Source: Candidatus Sumerlaeales bacterium (GTDB lineage Bacteria; Sumerlaeota; Sumerlaeia; Sumerlaeales; Sumerlaeaceae). Taken from it: a stretch of DNA of 12,370 bases. The stretch covers positions 1-12,370 of the forward strand of contig JBBSQY010000069.1 of the NCBI GenBank assembly GCA_038243585.1, in the 5' to 3' direction. The notes under the pieces are model-generated. The model was not told the DNA's origin. It made no database searches and saw only the letters and a list, made by a program, of their open reading frames with translations. Every line of letters starts with the position of its first letter. Position 1 is the first letter of the stretch. The translations under genes and the position numbers were made by a program. Below, piece after piece: positions 1 through 7,852 of this stretch.

Positions 1-405
1 AGCCCAAAACACCGCCAGCCCCAACCGCACCAGCAACACCACCCACAATTTGATACCAACCTTCAGCGCCACACCCGTCTCGATAAACATGTTGTGAGCA
101 AATGACAGCATCACGGCCAGGATAAAAACCTCCTTAACCGTGAGCTCGAGCGACAGGATGCCGGCAATGGCAGCATACAGATTAAGCACGCCGCCCAACA
201 CCAGCGGAATAGCGGCATCACCCCGCAGACCAAATAACTCCACAAGCGGCGCAATCAGCCTGACAACCCACGGCAATACCGGGGTATGCTGCAGGATCAC
301 CAATGCCACAGTTATCGGAAAAATAATCTTGCTGAGAACCCAGGTGGTTCGCAATCCGGATGCTAATCCGTGTCTGAAAGTTCGTCTATAGCTTAATTCT
401 AACAA
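1..405 (-). CDS. Nucleoside recognition (Gate) domain membrane protein, Bacillus YvoD-like; 3' end runs off the window
   Basis: Not in the ORF track; translated by hand. The frame is open from TTG at 405 to base 1: (M)LELSYRRTFRHGLASGLRTTWVLSKIIFPITVALVILQHTPVLPWVVRLIAPLVELFGLRGDAAIPLVLGGVLNLYAAIAGILSLELTVKEVFILAVMLSFAHNMFIETGVALKVGIKLWVVLLVRLGLAVFWA. It is very hydrophobic, with GL.G.AA.PL and NLYA motifs and H.L.IE-like HNMFIE as in Gate/YvoD/SpmA-like proteins. The start codon is uncertain. Confidence 0.85.
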   Translation of the reverse strand, partial: MLELSYRRTFRHGLASGLRTTWVLSKIIFPITVALVILQHTPVLPWVVRLIAPLVELFGLRGDAAIPLVLGGVLNLYAAIAGILSLELTVKEVFILAVMLSFAHNMFIETGVALKVGIKLWVVLLVRLGLAVFWA

Positions 406-468
406 AGTCTTGTGTAATATCTCAGTGCAGGAAGGGCATTCCCGCCCGTCTCCCAAATTGACTATCAG

Positions 469-561
469 ATGGAAACAACTCTCAGGTGGAGACAACTTAC
501 TGAGCCATCAGGAATTTCCAGATGGCGATTTATCACCGAGCCGGCACAAATTTTCGAGTAA
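469..561 (+). CDS. Candidate 30-aa small protein METTLRWRQLTEPSGISRWRFITEPAQIFE with an internal 12-aa repeat
   Basis: ATG 469 to TAA 559-561. At the conserved residues the 36-nt repeat units are identical or differ only synonymously (AGG/AGA, AGA/CGA, ACT/ACC, CCA/CCG). No Shine-Dalgarno is visible. Confidence 0.35.
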   Translation: METTLRWRQLTEPSGISRWRFITEPAQIFE

Positions 562-636
562 GGGTTTCCCCACTTAGCCGTTAAAAATTCTAGAGCGGAG
601 CCGCCGCACCGCCCCGACAACAACCGTCCAACCCAT

Positions 637-743
637 TGCAGGCTTTAGCCTGCCAGTCTTTGCACCCGCCTTTAGGCGGGGTGTTTGCCACCGAGAAAAG
701 AACCCAGCGCGCTTTAGCGCGGCTTCCCCACCGCTTTAGCAAA
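637..743. repeat. REP/BIME-like multi-hairpin element with TTTA loops, copy 1
   Basis: Hairpins GCAGGC-TTTA-GCCTGC, CCCGCC-TTTA-GGCGGG and CGCGC-TTTA-GCGCG, plus GC-TTTA-GC. A direct copy lies at 7081-7186: the first 47 nt match 42/47 and the last 38 nt match 36/38. Confidence 0.9.
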
Positions 744-829
744 CCCCTCCCCCAGAATGCCAAATTTCAAACTACCTCACCGCTACTGCTGTAGAGCTAT
801 AATAAAAATAACCAATCTCACACTCACTC

Positions 830-2014
830 ATGAAAATACTAATCATAAACAGCGGCCGCAAATTTACCGGCGAAGGCGCCCACAGCCTCGATCTCGCAGA
901 GCAGCTTCACGTCCACGGCCACCACGTGCTATTAGTCCTGCGCTCCGAAGGCAATGTAACCGAACGCGCCCGCGACCGTGGGTTACCGACAGCGGCTTTA
1001 CTGGATTTCGCCAAAGGCATTACGCCAGTATCCAAGCTAAAAGATCTTACAACTCTGCGGAAATTGATAACCACAGAGCAGCCCGATATAATCCATTGCC
1101 ATCGCGGCAACGATCACGGCTTAGCCGTCGCCGCCATCGCCGGACTGCGCAACCCACCGCCAGTTGTACGCACCCGCCACCGGGGGCTTCCGGTAAACAA
1201 CACCATCAGCAATCGCTGGTTATTTCTTCGCGCCACGTCCGGGGTATTGGCGGTATCGGAAAACGCGGCGGCGAGCTTTGGCAATATGCGCCCTTTGTTG
1301 CAGGACAAATTGTCTGTGGTTTACTCAGCCGTGGATACGGACAATTTCCATTCCGGCAGACGATCTGAGGACTGGCGCGCGGCTCATGGGGTCGCGGAAG
1401 ACGAGCCACTGATCGGACTGATCGCCCGCTTGCAACGGGTGAAGGGTCAGTTATTTTTTCTTCGGGCGGCCGCCATTGTTCTCCAGGATTTTCCGAAGGC
1501 ACGGTTTATAGTAGCGGGCGCGGGCCCATCGCGTAAAAAACAGATAATGGAAACGCTTGTCGCTGAACTTGGCATTGCGGATCGGGTAATTTTTAAGGAT
1601 TGGCTGCCGGACGTTCATACCGCGGTCGCGTCGCTGGATGTCGGCGTCCTCGCCTCCCTCAGCAGCGAGGCGTCAAGCCGCGTCACCTATGAATACATGG
1701 CCTCCGGCGTGCCGGTGGTTGCCACCACCGTAGGTTGCATCCCCGAGATTATACAGCATGGCAAGACGGGCTGCCTTGTACCTCCCGGCGATGCCGAATC
1801 CATGGCGAACGAAATCATGGACATGTTGCGCCACCCGGAAATTGCAAACAACATGCAACAGCAGGCCCTTGCACGGGTCCACCGGTTTCACAACCGCTCC
1901 CACTGGGCGCCCGACATAGTAAAAGCCTATGAACGCGCGATAACCTACAAAAAAACCCACAAGAACCTACCCTCAGCGCTATGCGGTTACGCCCGAACTT
2001 TCACCGGCAAGTAA
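830..2014 (+). CDS. Glycosyltransferase family 4 (GT-B, RfaB/WaaG-like)
   Basis: 394 aa. N-terminal MKILIIN..G.E, then PDIIHCH, VVRTRH, IARLQRVKG, and a GT4 C-terminal signature SEASSRVTYEYMASGVPVVATTVGCIPEII. Confidence 0.93.
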   Translation: MKILIINSGRKFTGEGAHSLDLAEQLHVHGHHVLLVLRSEGNVTERARDRGLPTAALLDFAKGITPVSKLKDLTTLRKLITTEQPDIIHCHRGNDHGLAVAAIAGLRNPPPVVRTRHRGLPVNNTISNRWLFLRATSGVLAVSENAAASFGNMRPLLQDKLSVVYSAVDTDNFHSGRRSEDWRAAHGVAEDEPLIGLIARLQRVKGQLFFLRAAAIVLQDFPKARFIVAGAGPSRKKQIMETLVAELGIADRVIFKDWLPDVHTAVASLDVGVLASLSSEASSRVTYEYMASGVPVVATTVGCIPEIIQHGKTGCLVPPGDAESMANEIMDMLRHPEIANNMQQQALARVHRFHNRSHWAPDIVKAYERAITYKKTHKNLPSALCGYARTFTGK

Positions 2015-2104
2015 TAACACTCAAAGAAAGACAACGGTTAAGCAGTGTGGTCGATCCGCCGCCTTTGCTTTTCTTAAGTCTTTATATGCTTGTATCAAAA
2101 TCCG

Positions 2105-4663
2105 TCATTCCTCCTGAGCCTGCGCAGTCTTTTCGTCACCCCTTCTCCTCGAGATAAGCAATAGCCCCGCCACACAAAACACCCCCAACCCGCCCAGCCA
2201 CAGCGACGCCGACCACATTACCGGCCGATAACGAAACACCACCTCATGCCGGCCCGCGTCTACCACCACGCCCGACATCCAATTATTGGCAAACAGCGCC
2301 CGGCCTTGATCCTCGCCATCGATTACCACCCGCCACCCCGGCGTCCAGGTGCCCTTATACAGCACCAGCGCCGGGCGCGCGAGGCTCACTCGCACACCGA
2401 ATTCATCCGGACGCCCCGTCTCCAGATGTTCCATCGTTTCGCCCGGCAACAGCCGCGACGTCGCGGACGTCTCATCGGCCCCGGCCCCAGCCGGAAACAG
2501 TCCCGCGATTGTCGCCTGAAAATCTTCGGGCACGTCTTTGTCGTCGGAGATTTCACCGCCCATGTCCGGCGGCAACACATAATGCGTACCGGTCAGGTCC
2601 GGCCCAAACAGATTAAGGCCCGGTGACCCGGCAATCACGTTTCGGCTGACAGCAAACAGCGTCGCCTCCCGCGCCACCAAAACTTGCGCGTCAGACGATG
2701 GCGCATCTCCATCGTAAGTTTCTCCAAGTCTCTCCCGCACGTCGTATCGGACACCCACCCGCTCCAGCAAATCCCCACGCATTTGCTGCCGCTGCTCACC
2801 TGGAGTGTTTACTATTCCCTTCACCAGCATCCGCGCCGTCGCAAACGCCGGCATCAGCGGATCATAACCATGATATTCGTATAGGCCGTCCATGTGATGC
2901 GTTCGGTTGATGATAGACGAATGGAGAATTACCCGCCAGGGCAGTTCTCCCTTGTTCGCCGCCAGCCGCGGCGCGAAGTATTCCGCCACCGGCTTTGGCA
3001 GCTCGTTTTGCGTCCACGGGTGACGCCCCATCCACGCCGGGGTATGCGCCAGAAACGGATCAAGCAGAGCACCCAGGAACAACATCGTTGTTGCCACCCT
3101 CGGCATTTTCCGCAGTTTGATAAGACACAGAACCGTAAGATAAACGCCAGCCTGGGCCCATAAACCGGCAAGGTAATATCTATCCGCCGCCACCTTGGGA
3201 TTCTCCAGAAATTCCACATAAGTCGCCGACGCCTGGGGATCAAACGGCGGCTGTCCAAAACCCGTTACGAGATCGTAAAACTTTCGAGGATCGTAATAAT
3301 CCGCAGCTGACACAATGAAAAAAAACATCATTGTCGTACCGGCAATGAGAAAACGTCTCCACAATTCAGGCCGTCGCGCAATACCGTCGAATGCCGCCGC
3401 AGACATGAGAGCAAACCCAAATGCCACGACCGCCCGCGCTTTCAGAGGTTCGCGAAATCCGCCGAACCCCGGCAGCCATCCTCCCGCCATCATGTATAAG
3501 CCCATAAGCGTCACCATGACCCCCGCCAGACAAAGCGGCGTGATAGCTTCCGATAATCCGCTCCCGTTTCTCCTTAATATCCTGCAAAAAAACCACCACC
3601 CAACCCGTAGGACCAGCGTCGCACTAAGCACCAGCGCGATTGATCCCGGATAAAGCGCCGTCTCCCACACGTTCTTAAAATGCAGATGTCCGTGCGTCAT
3701 ATCATCCCCAAACGGGAACGGCAACATGGTCTCGAACCAGATATTATAAAGAGGTCGCAAAGACCACCCCGTCGTACCGCCAGACGAAACTCCGCGTACA
3801 GAATAGGGCAGATACCAAAACGCTGGCAACCACTGCGGCGCCGACACCACCAGCGCCAGCACCCACACCGCCGCCACAATAACCAACACCTGCCCCCACG
3901 CCCATCGCCGCGCAGCCGCGACAATTATTGCCAGATCGATATAAAACAGATAAACGATATACTGCGGCGCGCCGGCAAGACACACCATGGCATGTGCCAC
4001 CGCAGACAGTGCAACAAGACGACGCAAATGCGGAAGTTGAAACAATTGCAGGAACAGGGAGACCCAATGCATTCCCTGGAAGCGCACGTGCTCCCACGCG
4101 CTTGAATCCGCGCCGCGACTTATGATAACACTCGATCCACCGCTAACCCCGCGCGATATCCTCAGCACCGAAAGCGCCGCCAGCGGCCACCACGCCAGCG
4201 CCGCCACCGGTGTCAAATGGCCGGCCATAATGCGGACAGCAAACAGCGCCCCAAAAACGTATAATCCAGCGCCGAGCGCCGCCGCCATGGCCGAACAACG
4301 TCCCCAGCGCCACAAGGCCCAAGCCATTGCCACACAGGCTGTCAGCGTGTGCAGCAAAGCGAAAATGCTTACCCCAAGATTCGCCGGCAACCACAACGTG
4401 GCAAGGTGCAGCGGATTCAGCGAAAGCATGCTTTGAGTTTCCAGCGTCGGATACCCGCCAAAAACATGAGGATCCCAAAAAGGAAACACGCCCCGCGTTA
4501 TCCAGCGGTGGATAAACACGCGCCACGGGTAAAAGGCGCTCGTCAGATCACTGTCCAACGGCCCCCAATAAAGGCTGCCCGCATCCCGCAACAACATGGC
4601 CCACACCGCCAGCACCATCAACAGTGGAACCAGAAACCATCCACGCCGCCGGCGCGTCGCCAT
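2105..4663 (-). CDS. YfhO-family multi-pass membrane protein (GT-C-like polyprenol-phosphate-sugar transferase)
   Basis: Likely start ATG 4663 (MATRRRRGWF) preceded by AGAAGG, giving 852 aa. It has an N-terminal TM, an acidic loop DSDLTSAFYPW..FPFWDPHVFGGYP, many TM segments, GYDP, and a YfhO-type C-terminus WTPGWRVVIDG...VDAGRHEVVFRYRP followed by a TM helix. Confidence 0.85.
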   Translation of the reverse strand: MATRRRRGWFLVPLLMVLAVWAMLLRDAGSLYWGPLDSDLTSAFYPWRVFIHRWITRGVFPFWDPHVFGGYPTLETQSMLSLNPLHLATLWLPANLGVSIFALLHTLTACVAMAWALWRWGRCSAMAAALGAGLYVFGALFAVRIMAGHLTPVAALAWWPLAALSVLRISRGVSGGSSVIISRGADSSAWEHVRFQGMHWVSLFLQLFQLPHLRRLVALSAVAHAMVCLAGAPQYIVYLFYIDLAIIVAAARRWAWGQVLVIVAAVWVLALVVSAPQWLPAFWYLPYSVRGVSSGGTTGWSLRPLYNIWFETMLPFPFGDDMTHGHLHFKNVWETALYPGSIALVLSATLVLRVGWWFFCRILRRNGSGLSEAITPLCLAGVMVTLMGLYMMAGGWLPGFGGFREPLKARAVVAFGFALMSAAAFDGIARRPELWRRFLIAGTTMMFFFIVSAADYYDPRKFYDLVTGFGQPPFDPQASATYVEFLENPKVAADRYYLAGLWAQAGVYLTVLCLIKLRKMPRVATTMLFLGALLDPFLAHTPAWMGRHPWTQNELPKPVAEYFAPRLAANKGELPWRVILHSSIINRTHHMDGLYEYHGYDPLMPAFATARMLVKGIVNTPGEQRQQMRGDLLERVGVRYDVRERLGETYDGDAPSSDAQVLVAREATLFAVSRNVIAGSPGLNLFGPDLTGTHYVLPPDMGGEISDDKDVPEDFQATIAGLFPAGAGADETSATSRLLPGETMEHLETGRPDEFGVRVSLARPALVLYKGTWTPGWRVVIDGEDQGRALFANNWMSGVVVDAGRHEVVFRYRPVMWSASLWLGGLGVFCVAGLLLISRRRGDEKTAQAQEE

Positions 4664-4730
4664 ACCTTCTTTTTGAAAAGTCAAAAAAATTCCCTTGCAC
4701 CACAGCCTGATTAAGGTTGAACCATAACAC

Positions 4731-4758
4731 TTGTTGCCACAAATCACAATGGTATTTT
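4731..4758 (+). promoter_or_regulatory. Putative sigma70 promoter of acs
   Basis: TTGTTG (4731-4736), 16-nt spacer, TATTTT (4753-4758) with an extended -10 TG. It lies just upstream of the AAGGAG RBS (4773-4778) in the 120-bp divergent spacer. Confidence 0.4.
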
Positions 4759-4783
4759 CCGTCTTGAATCATAAGGAGAACTA

Positions 4784-6739
4784 ATGTCATCGTCGTCGAA
4801 TATCGACTCAATCCTTCGGGAGAACCGGAAGTTTGAACCAAACCCGGATTTCGCGAAGCAAGCCCGCGTTTCCTCGTTTGAGGAATACCAGCGCATTTAC
4901 AAGGAATCCATTGCCGATCCTGAAGGCTGGTGGGCCGCCCAGGCCGAGAAGGAACTGGAATGGTTTCAGAAATGGGACACAGTACTCGAATGGAAGCCGC
5001 CATTCGCCAAATGGTTTCTGGGCGCGAAAATCAACGCGAGCCACAACTGCATTGATCGCCATGTAAACAGCGGAAACGGCAACCGTCCGGCCATCATCTG
5101 GGAAGGTGAGCCCGGCGACACGCGGACCCTTTCCTATGCCGAACTTCTTACCGAAACCAAAAAGTTTGCCAACGCTCTAAAAACACTCGGCGTAAAGACC
5201 GGCGACCGCGTTGCCATCTACTTGCCACTCATCCCGGAAGCCGCCATTGCCATGCTGGCCTGCGCCCGCATTGGCGCTACCCATTCTGTGGTGTTCGGCG
5301 GATTCAGTAGCGAATCCCTTAAAGATCGCATCAACGACGCCGAATGCAACCTTGTCATTACCGCCGATGGTGGCCACCGTCGCGGCTCAATCATCGACCT
5401 GAAAGTCAACGTTGATGAAGCCGTGGCCGCCTGCCCTTCCGTAAAAAAAGTCGTCGTAATAAAGCGCTCGGACAACAAAGTAACCTGGGATGACCAGCGC
5501 GACGTGTGGTACCACGAAGTTGTGGCCGAGGCCAGCGAAGACTGTCCGGCGGAGCCCCTCGACAGCGAACACCCCCTCTATATCCTCTACACCAGCGGCA
5601 CCACCGGCACACCAAAGGGAGTCGTCCACAGCACAGGCGGCTATCTGCTCAACTGCCACGTCACCACCAAATACATTTTCGACATGAACGAAAGCGACAT
5701 CTACTGGTGCACCGCAGACATCGGATGGGTCACCGGCCACAGCTATGTTGTATACGGTCCCCTAAGCTGCGGCGCGACAATTTTCATGTATGAAGGCGCA
5801 CCGAATTTCCCCGAACCCGATCGTTTCTGGGAATTGATAGACAAATACAAAGTCACGATTTTTTACACCGCGCCTACCGCCATCCGCGCCTTTATCAAGT
5901 GGGGAGACCAGTGGGTCACAAAGCACAAACTCGACAGCCTCCGCCTGCTGGGGAGCGTAGGTGAGCCCATCAACCCCGAAGCATGGATGTGGTATCGCGA
6001 AATGATCGGCAAAAACCGCTGCCCTATCGTGGACACATGGTGGCAGACGGAAACAGGCAGCATTATGATATCACCACTTCCCGGCGCCACGCCCGCAAAA
6101 CCAGGGTCATGCACGTTGCCATTTTTCGGCATCGATCCAGACGTGGTCGACCGCGATGGCAACAGCTTGCCTAACAACACTGGCGGCCTGCTCATCATGC
6201 GTAAACCATGGCCCGGCATGCTGCGCGGTATCTACAATAATCCTGGAAGATTCCAGGAAGGATACTTCTCCGACTTCCCCGGCTTTTACTTCTCCGGCGA
6301 CGGCGTTCGCCGCGACCAAGATGGCTACTTCTGGATCATGGGACGCGTTGATGATGTAATCAACGTATCAGGTCACCGTCTGGGCACCATGGAAGTCGAA
6401 AGTGCCCTGGTCAGTCATCAAAAAGTAGCCGAGGCTGCCGTCGTCGGCCGCCCCGACGACCTGAAAGGCCAGGCTATCTGCGCGTTCGTCACCCTGGAAA
6501 ACGAGTACGAACCCAGCGAAGAGCTCCGCCAGGAACTGCGCGGCCACGTCGCTAAAGAAATCGGATCTCTCGCGAAACCGGATGATATCCGTTTCACAGA
6601 TTCCCTGCCAAAAACCCGCAGCGGAAAAATCATGCGTCGCCTCCTGAGAGACATCGCCGCCGGCAACCTGACTGTGGGCGATACCAGTACCCTGGAAGAC
6701 CTCAGCGTAATGGCCAGGCTGCGCGAAGAGAACGAATAG
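4784..6739 (+). CDS. acs: Acetate--CoA ligase (AMP-forming acetyl-CoA synthetase)
   Basis: 651 aa with [55 protein letters not shown] and [11 protein letters not shown] (acetylatable Lys). RBS AAGGAG at 4773-4778. Confidence 0.98.
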   Translation: MSSSSNIDSILRENRKFEPNPDFAKQARVSSFEEYQRIYKESIADPEGWWAAQAEKELEWFQKWDTVLEWKPPFAKWFLGAKINASHNCIDRHVNSGNGNRPAIIWEGEPGDTRTLSYAELLTETKKFANALKTLGVKTGDRVAIYLPLIPEAAIAMLACARIGATHSVVFGGFSSESLKDRINDAECNLVITADGGHRRGSIIDLKVNVDEAVAACPSVKKVVVIKRSDNKVTWDDQRDVWYHEVVAEASEDCPAEPLDSEHPLYILYTSGTTGTPKGVVHSTGGYLLNCHVTTKYIFDMNESDIYWCTADIGWVTGHSYVVYGPLSCGATIFMYEGAPNFPEPDRFWELIDKYKVTIFYTAPTAIRAFIKWGDQWVTKHKLDSLRLLGSVGEPINPEAWMWYREMIGKNRCPIVDTWWQTETGSIMISPLPGATPAKPGSCTLPFFGIDPDVVDRDGNSLPNNTGGLLIMRKPWPGMLRGIYNNPGRFQEGYFSDFPGFYFSGDGVRRDQDGYFWIMGRVDDVINVSGHRLGTMEVESALVSHQKVAEAAVVGRPDDLKGQAICAFVTLENEYEPSEELRQELRGHVAKEIGSLAKPDDIRFTDSLPKTRSGKIMRRLLRDIAAGNLTVGDTSTLEDLSVMARLREENE

Positions 6740-6817
6740 CAATCACTAAAAAATAAAAGTCTCTGCCCGTAACCGCCACCGGCGGAAACACTGCAGAGTC
6801 TTGCTACTGCTGACAGT

Positions 6818-6858
6818 AAGGTCGGCTGGTAAGAGGTTACCAGCCGACCTTTGTTCTT
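6818..6858 (+). terminator. Intrinsic terminator downstream of acs
   Basis: Perfect 15-bp stem AAGGTCGGCTGGTAA / TTACCAGCCGACCTT with loop GAGG, followed by TGTTCTT. Confidence 0.75.
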
Positions 6859-7080
6859 CAACCTATTCCTAAAGCGCAAAACCTAAAAAACACAAAGTGT
6901 AAAATTTGGCCTTTCTAAAATAGCGCGCGCGAAACGCCCATCGCAAAACGGCTTTCAATTCTTCACTCGATCATAGCAAATGTGGCGATCATTAGAACCT
7001 TTCAACCAAGGGTTGAATTAAAAACAGATGGAATCCAGATACACGAAATCTCACTTTTGAGATAAATACATCAATTCGAA

Positions 7081-7186
7081 TGCCGGCTTTAGCCTGCCAG
7101 TCTTTGCCCCCGCATTTATGCGGGGGGGGCGGATTGAAAAGAAGCAAAAGCACGCTTTAGCGCGGCTTTCCCACCGCTTTAGCAAA
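7081..7186. repeat. REP/BIME-like multi-hairpin element with TTTA loops, copy 2
   Basis: Direct copy of 637-743. The second hairpin reads CCCCCGCA-TTTA-TGCGGGGG, so the closing pair is A-T where copy 1 has C-G. Confidence 0.9.
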
Positions 7187-7246
7187 TAGCAACTCAGCCG
7201 AGATTTATCTTATAAAATTGGAACTCACTAAGCTAAAAGCCCAACC

Positions 7247-7585
7247 ATGACTTCAAGAACACAAAACAAACAACTCATTCCGGCTATAGTGCCTTATCCG
7301 GGCAAGATAATTGCCCGGGAACTAAAAGCAAGACACTGGACTCAACGGCGGTTTGCGGAGATTCTTGGTCGACCGTATCAGGTGATTAACGAAATTATTA
7401 ATGGAAAAAAAGGGATTACTCCTGACATATCCATCGATATTTCCGCAGCGTTCGGAACAGCGCCGGACTTCTGGTACCGCCTCCAAACCGCTTATGATTT
7501 CTGGGCGTCCGATTCGCCAAAAACAAAAATCCGCGTCCGGGCAATTGCCAAGAGGGCTGCGGAAGCCCGCTCAGAACCTGTCTAA
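7247..7585 (+). CDS. higA: HigA-family (XRE HTH) antitoxin-like protein with no adjacent toxin ORF
   Basis: 112 aa. PGKIIARELKARHWTQRRFAEILGRPYQVINEIINGKKGITPD...FGTAPDFWYRLQTAYD follows the HigA/VapI pattern PG....EL...(HTH)...GKR.IT...FG....FW..LQ..YD. Confidence 0.85.
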   Translation: MTSRTQNKQLIPAIVPYPGKIIARELKARHWTQRRFAEILGRPYQVINEIINGKKGITPDISIDISAAFGTAPDFWYRLQTAYDFWASDSPKTKIRVRAIAKRAAEARSEPV

Positions 7586-7852
7586 AAAGGTCCAATTAAA
7601 GCTGAAAGTCCGTCCCATAACCCCAACTTAAAGCCTGTTTGAAAAGTTCCAATTAGTGCTGTAGACCCGCTGCACACCAGCCCAAGGCCGCAGGCCTTGT
7701 CATTGGTTAAATCTTTGAACCTGGCTCCGTGTAACTCATTTCGTTTCGTTTTTCAGGGTCGAAGGCTCGTTCGCATACCAGCCCAGGTTGTAGGCCTGGG
7801 TTTTCGTTATACTGTATTATTAAGGGCTGAAAGTCCGTTCCATACTCAACCC
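7571..7852. repeat. Cluster of degenerate REP-like units (GGGCTGAAAG.CCG..CCATACCAGCCCAGG...CCTGGG) preceded by a 57-bp tandem duplication
   Basis: GCTGAAAGTCCGTyCCATA at 7601-7619 and 7826-7844 (18/19 identical). CCAGCCCAAGGCCGCAGGCCTTG at 7677-7699 resembles CCAGCCCAGGTTGTAGGCCTGGG at 7778-7800. CCTGT.T.AAAAG.TCCAATTA occurs at 7577 and 7634. Confidence 0.75.

Noticed and set aside
140..391. 83-aa plus-strand ORF
   Set aside because: It is the antisense shadow of the recognisable YvoD-like gene.
427..500. AACTCTCAGGT resembling a glycine riboswitch
   Set aside because: The GGAGAG and CCGAAG core elements are absent and no glycine-related gene follows. The segment is better explained by the codon-level repeat.
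757..1368. 203-aa Arg/Pro-rich ORF, and the many similar overlapping ORFs inside the YfhO, acs, DUF2156 and aminotransferase genes
   Set aside because: These are alternate-frame or antisense products of GC-rich coding DNA with no recognisable motifs.
4664..4747. N-terminal extensions in the ORF track (YfhO to 4747, SGNH to 8822, aminotransferase to 11545)
   Set aside because: They cover promoter or spacer DNA. The downstream ATGs have RBS or signal-peptide support.
6760..6820. TAACCGCC, GAAAC and CTGCTGA resembling a fluoride riboswitch or hammerhead ribozyme
   Set aside because: There is no GGNGAUGG 5' element or CUGANGA core, and the stems are not arranged as required.
7060..7210. 8-bp inverted repeat AGATAAAT / ATTTATCT flanking repeat copy 2 as MITE ends
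   Set aside because: It is short and AT-rich, has no counterpart around copy 1, and shows no target-site duplication.
7571..7852. Possible CRISPR array
   Set aside because: The units are degenerate and irregularly spaced, and there are no cas genes in the window.
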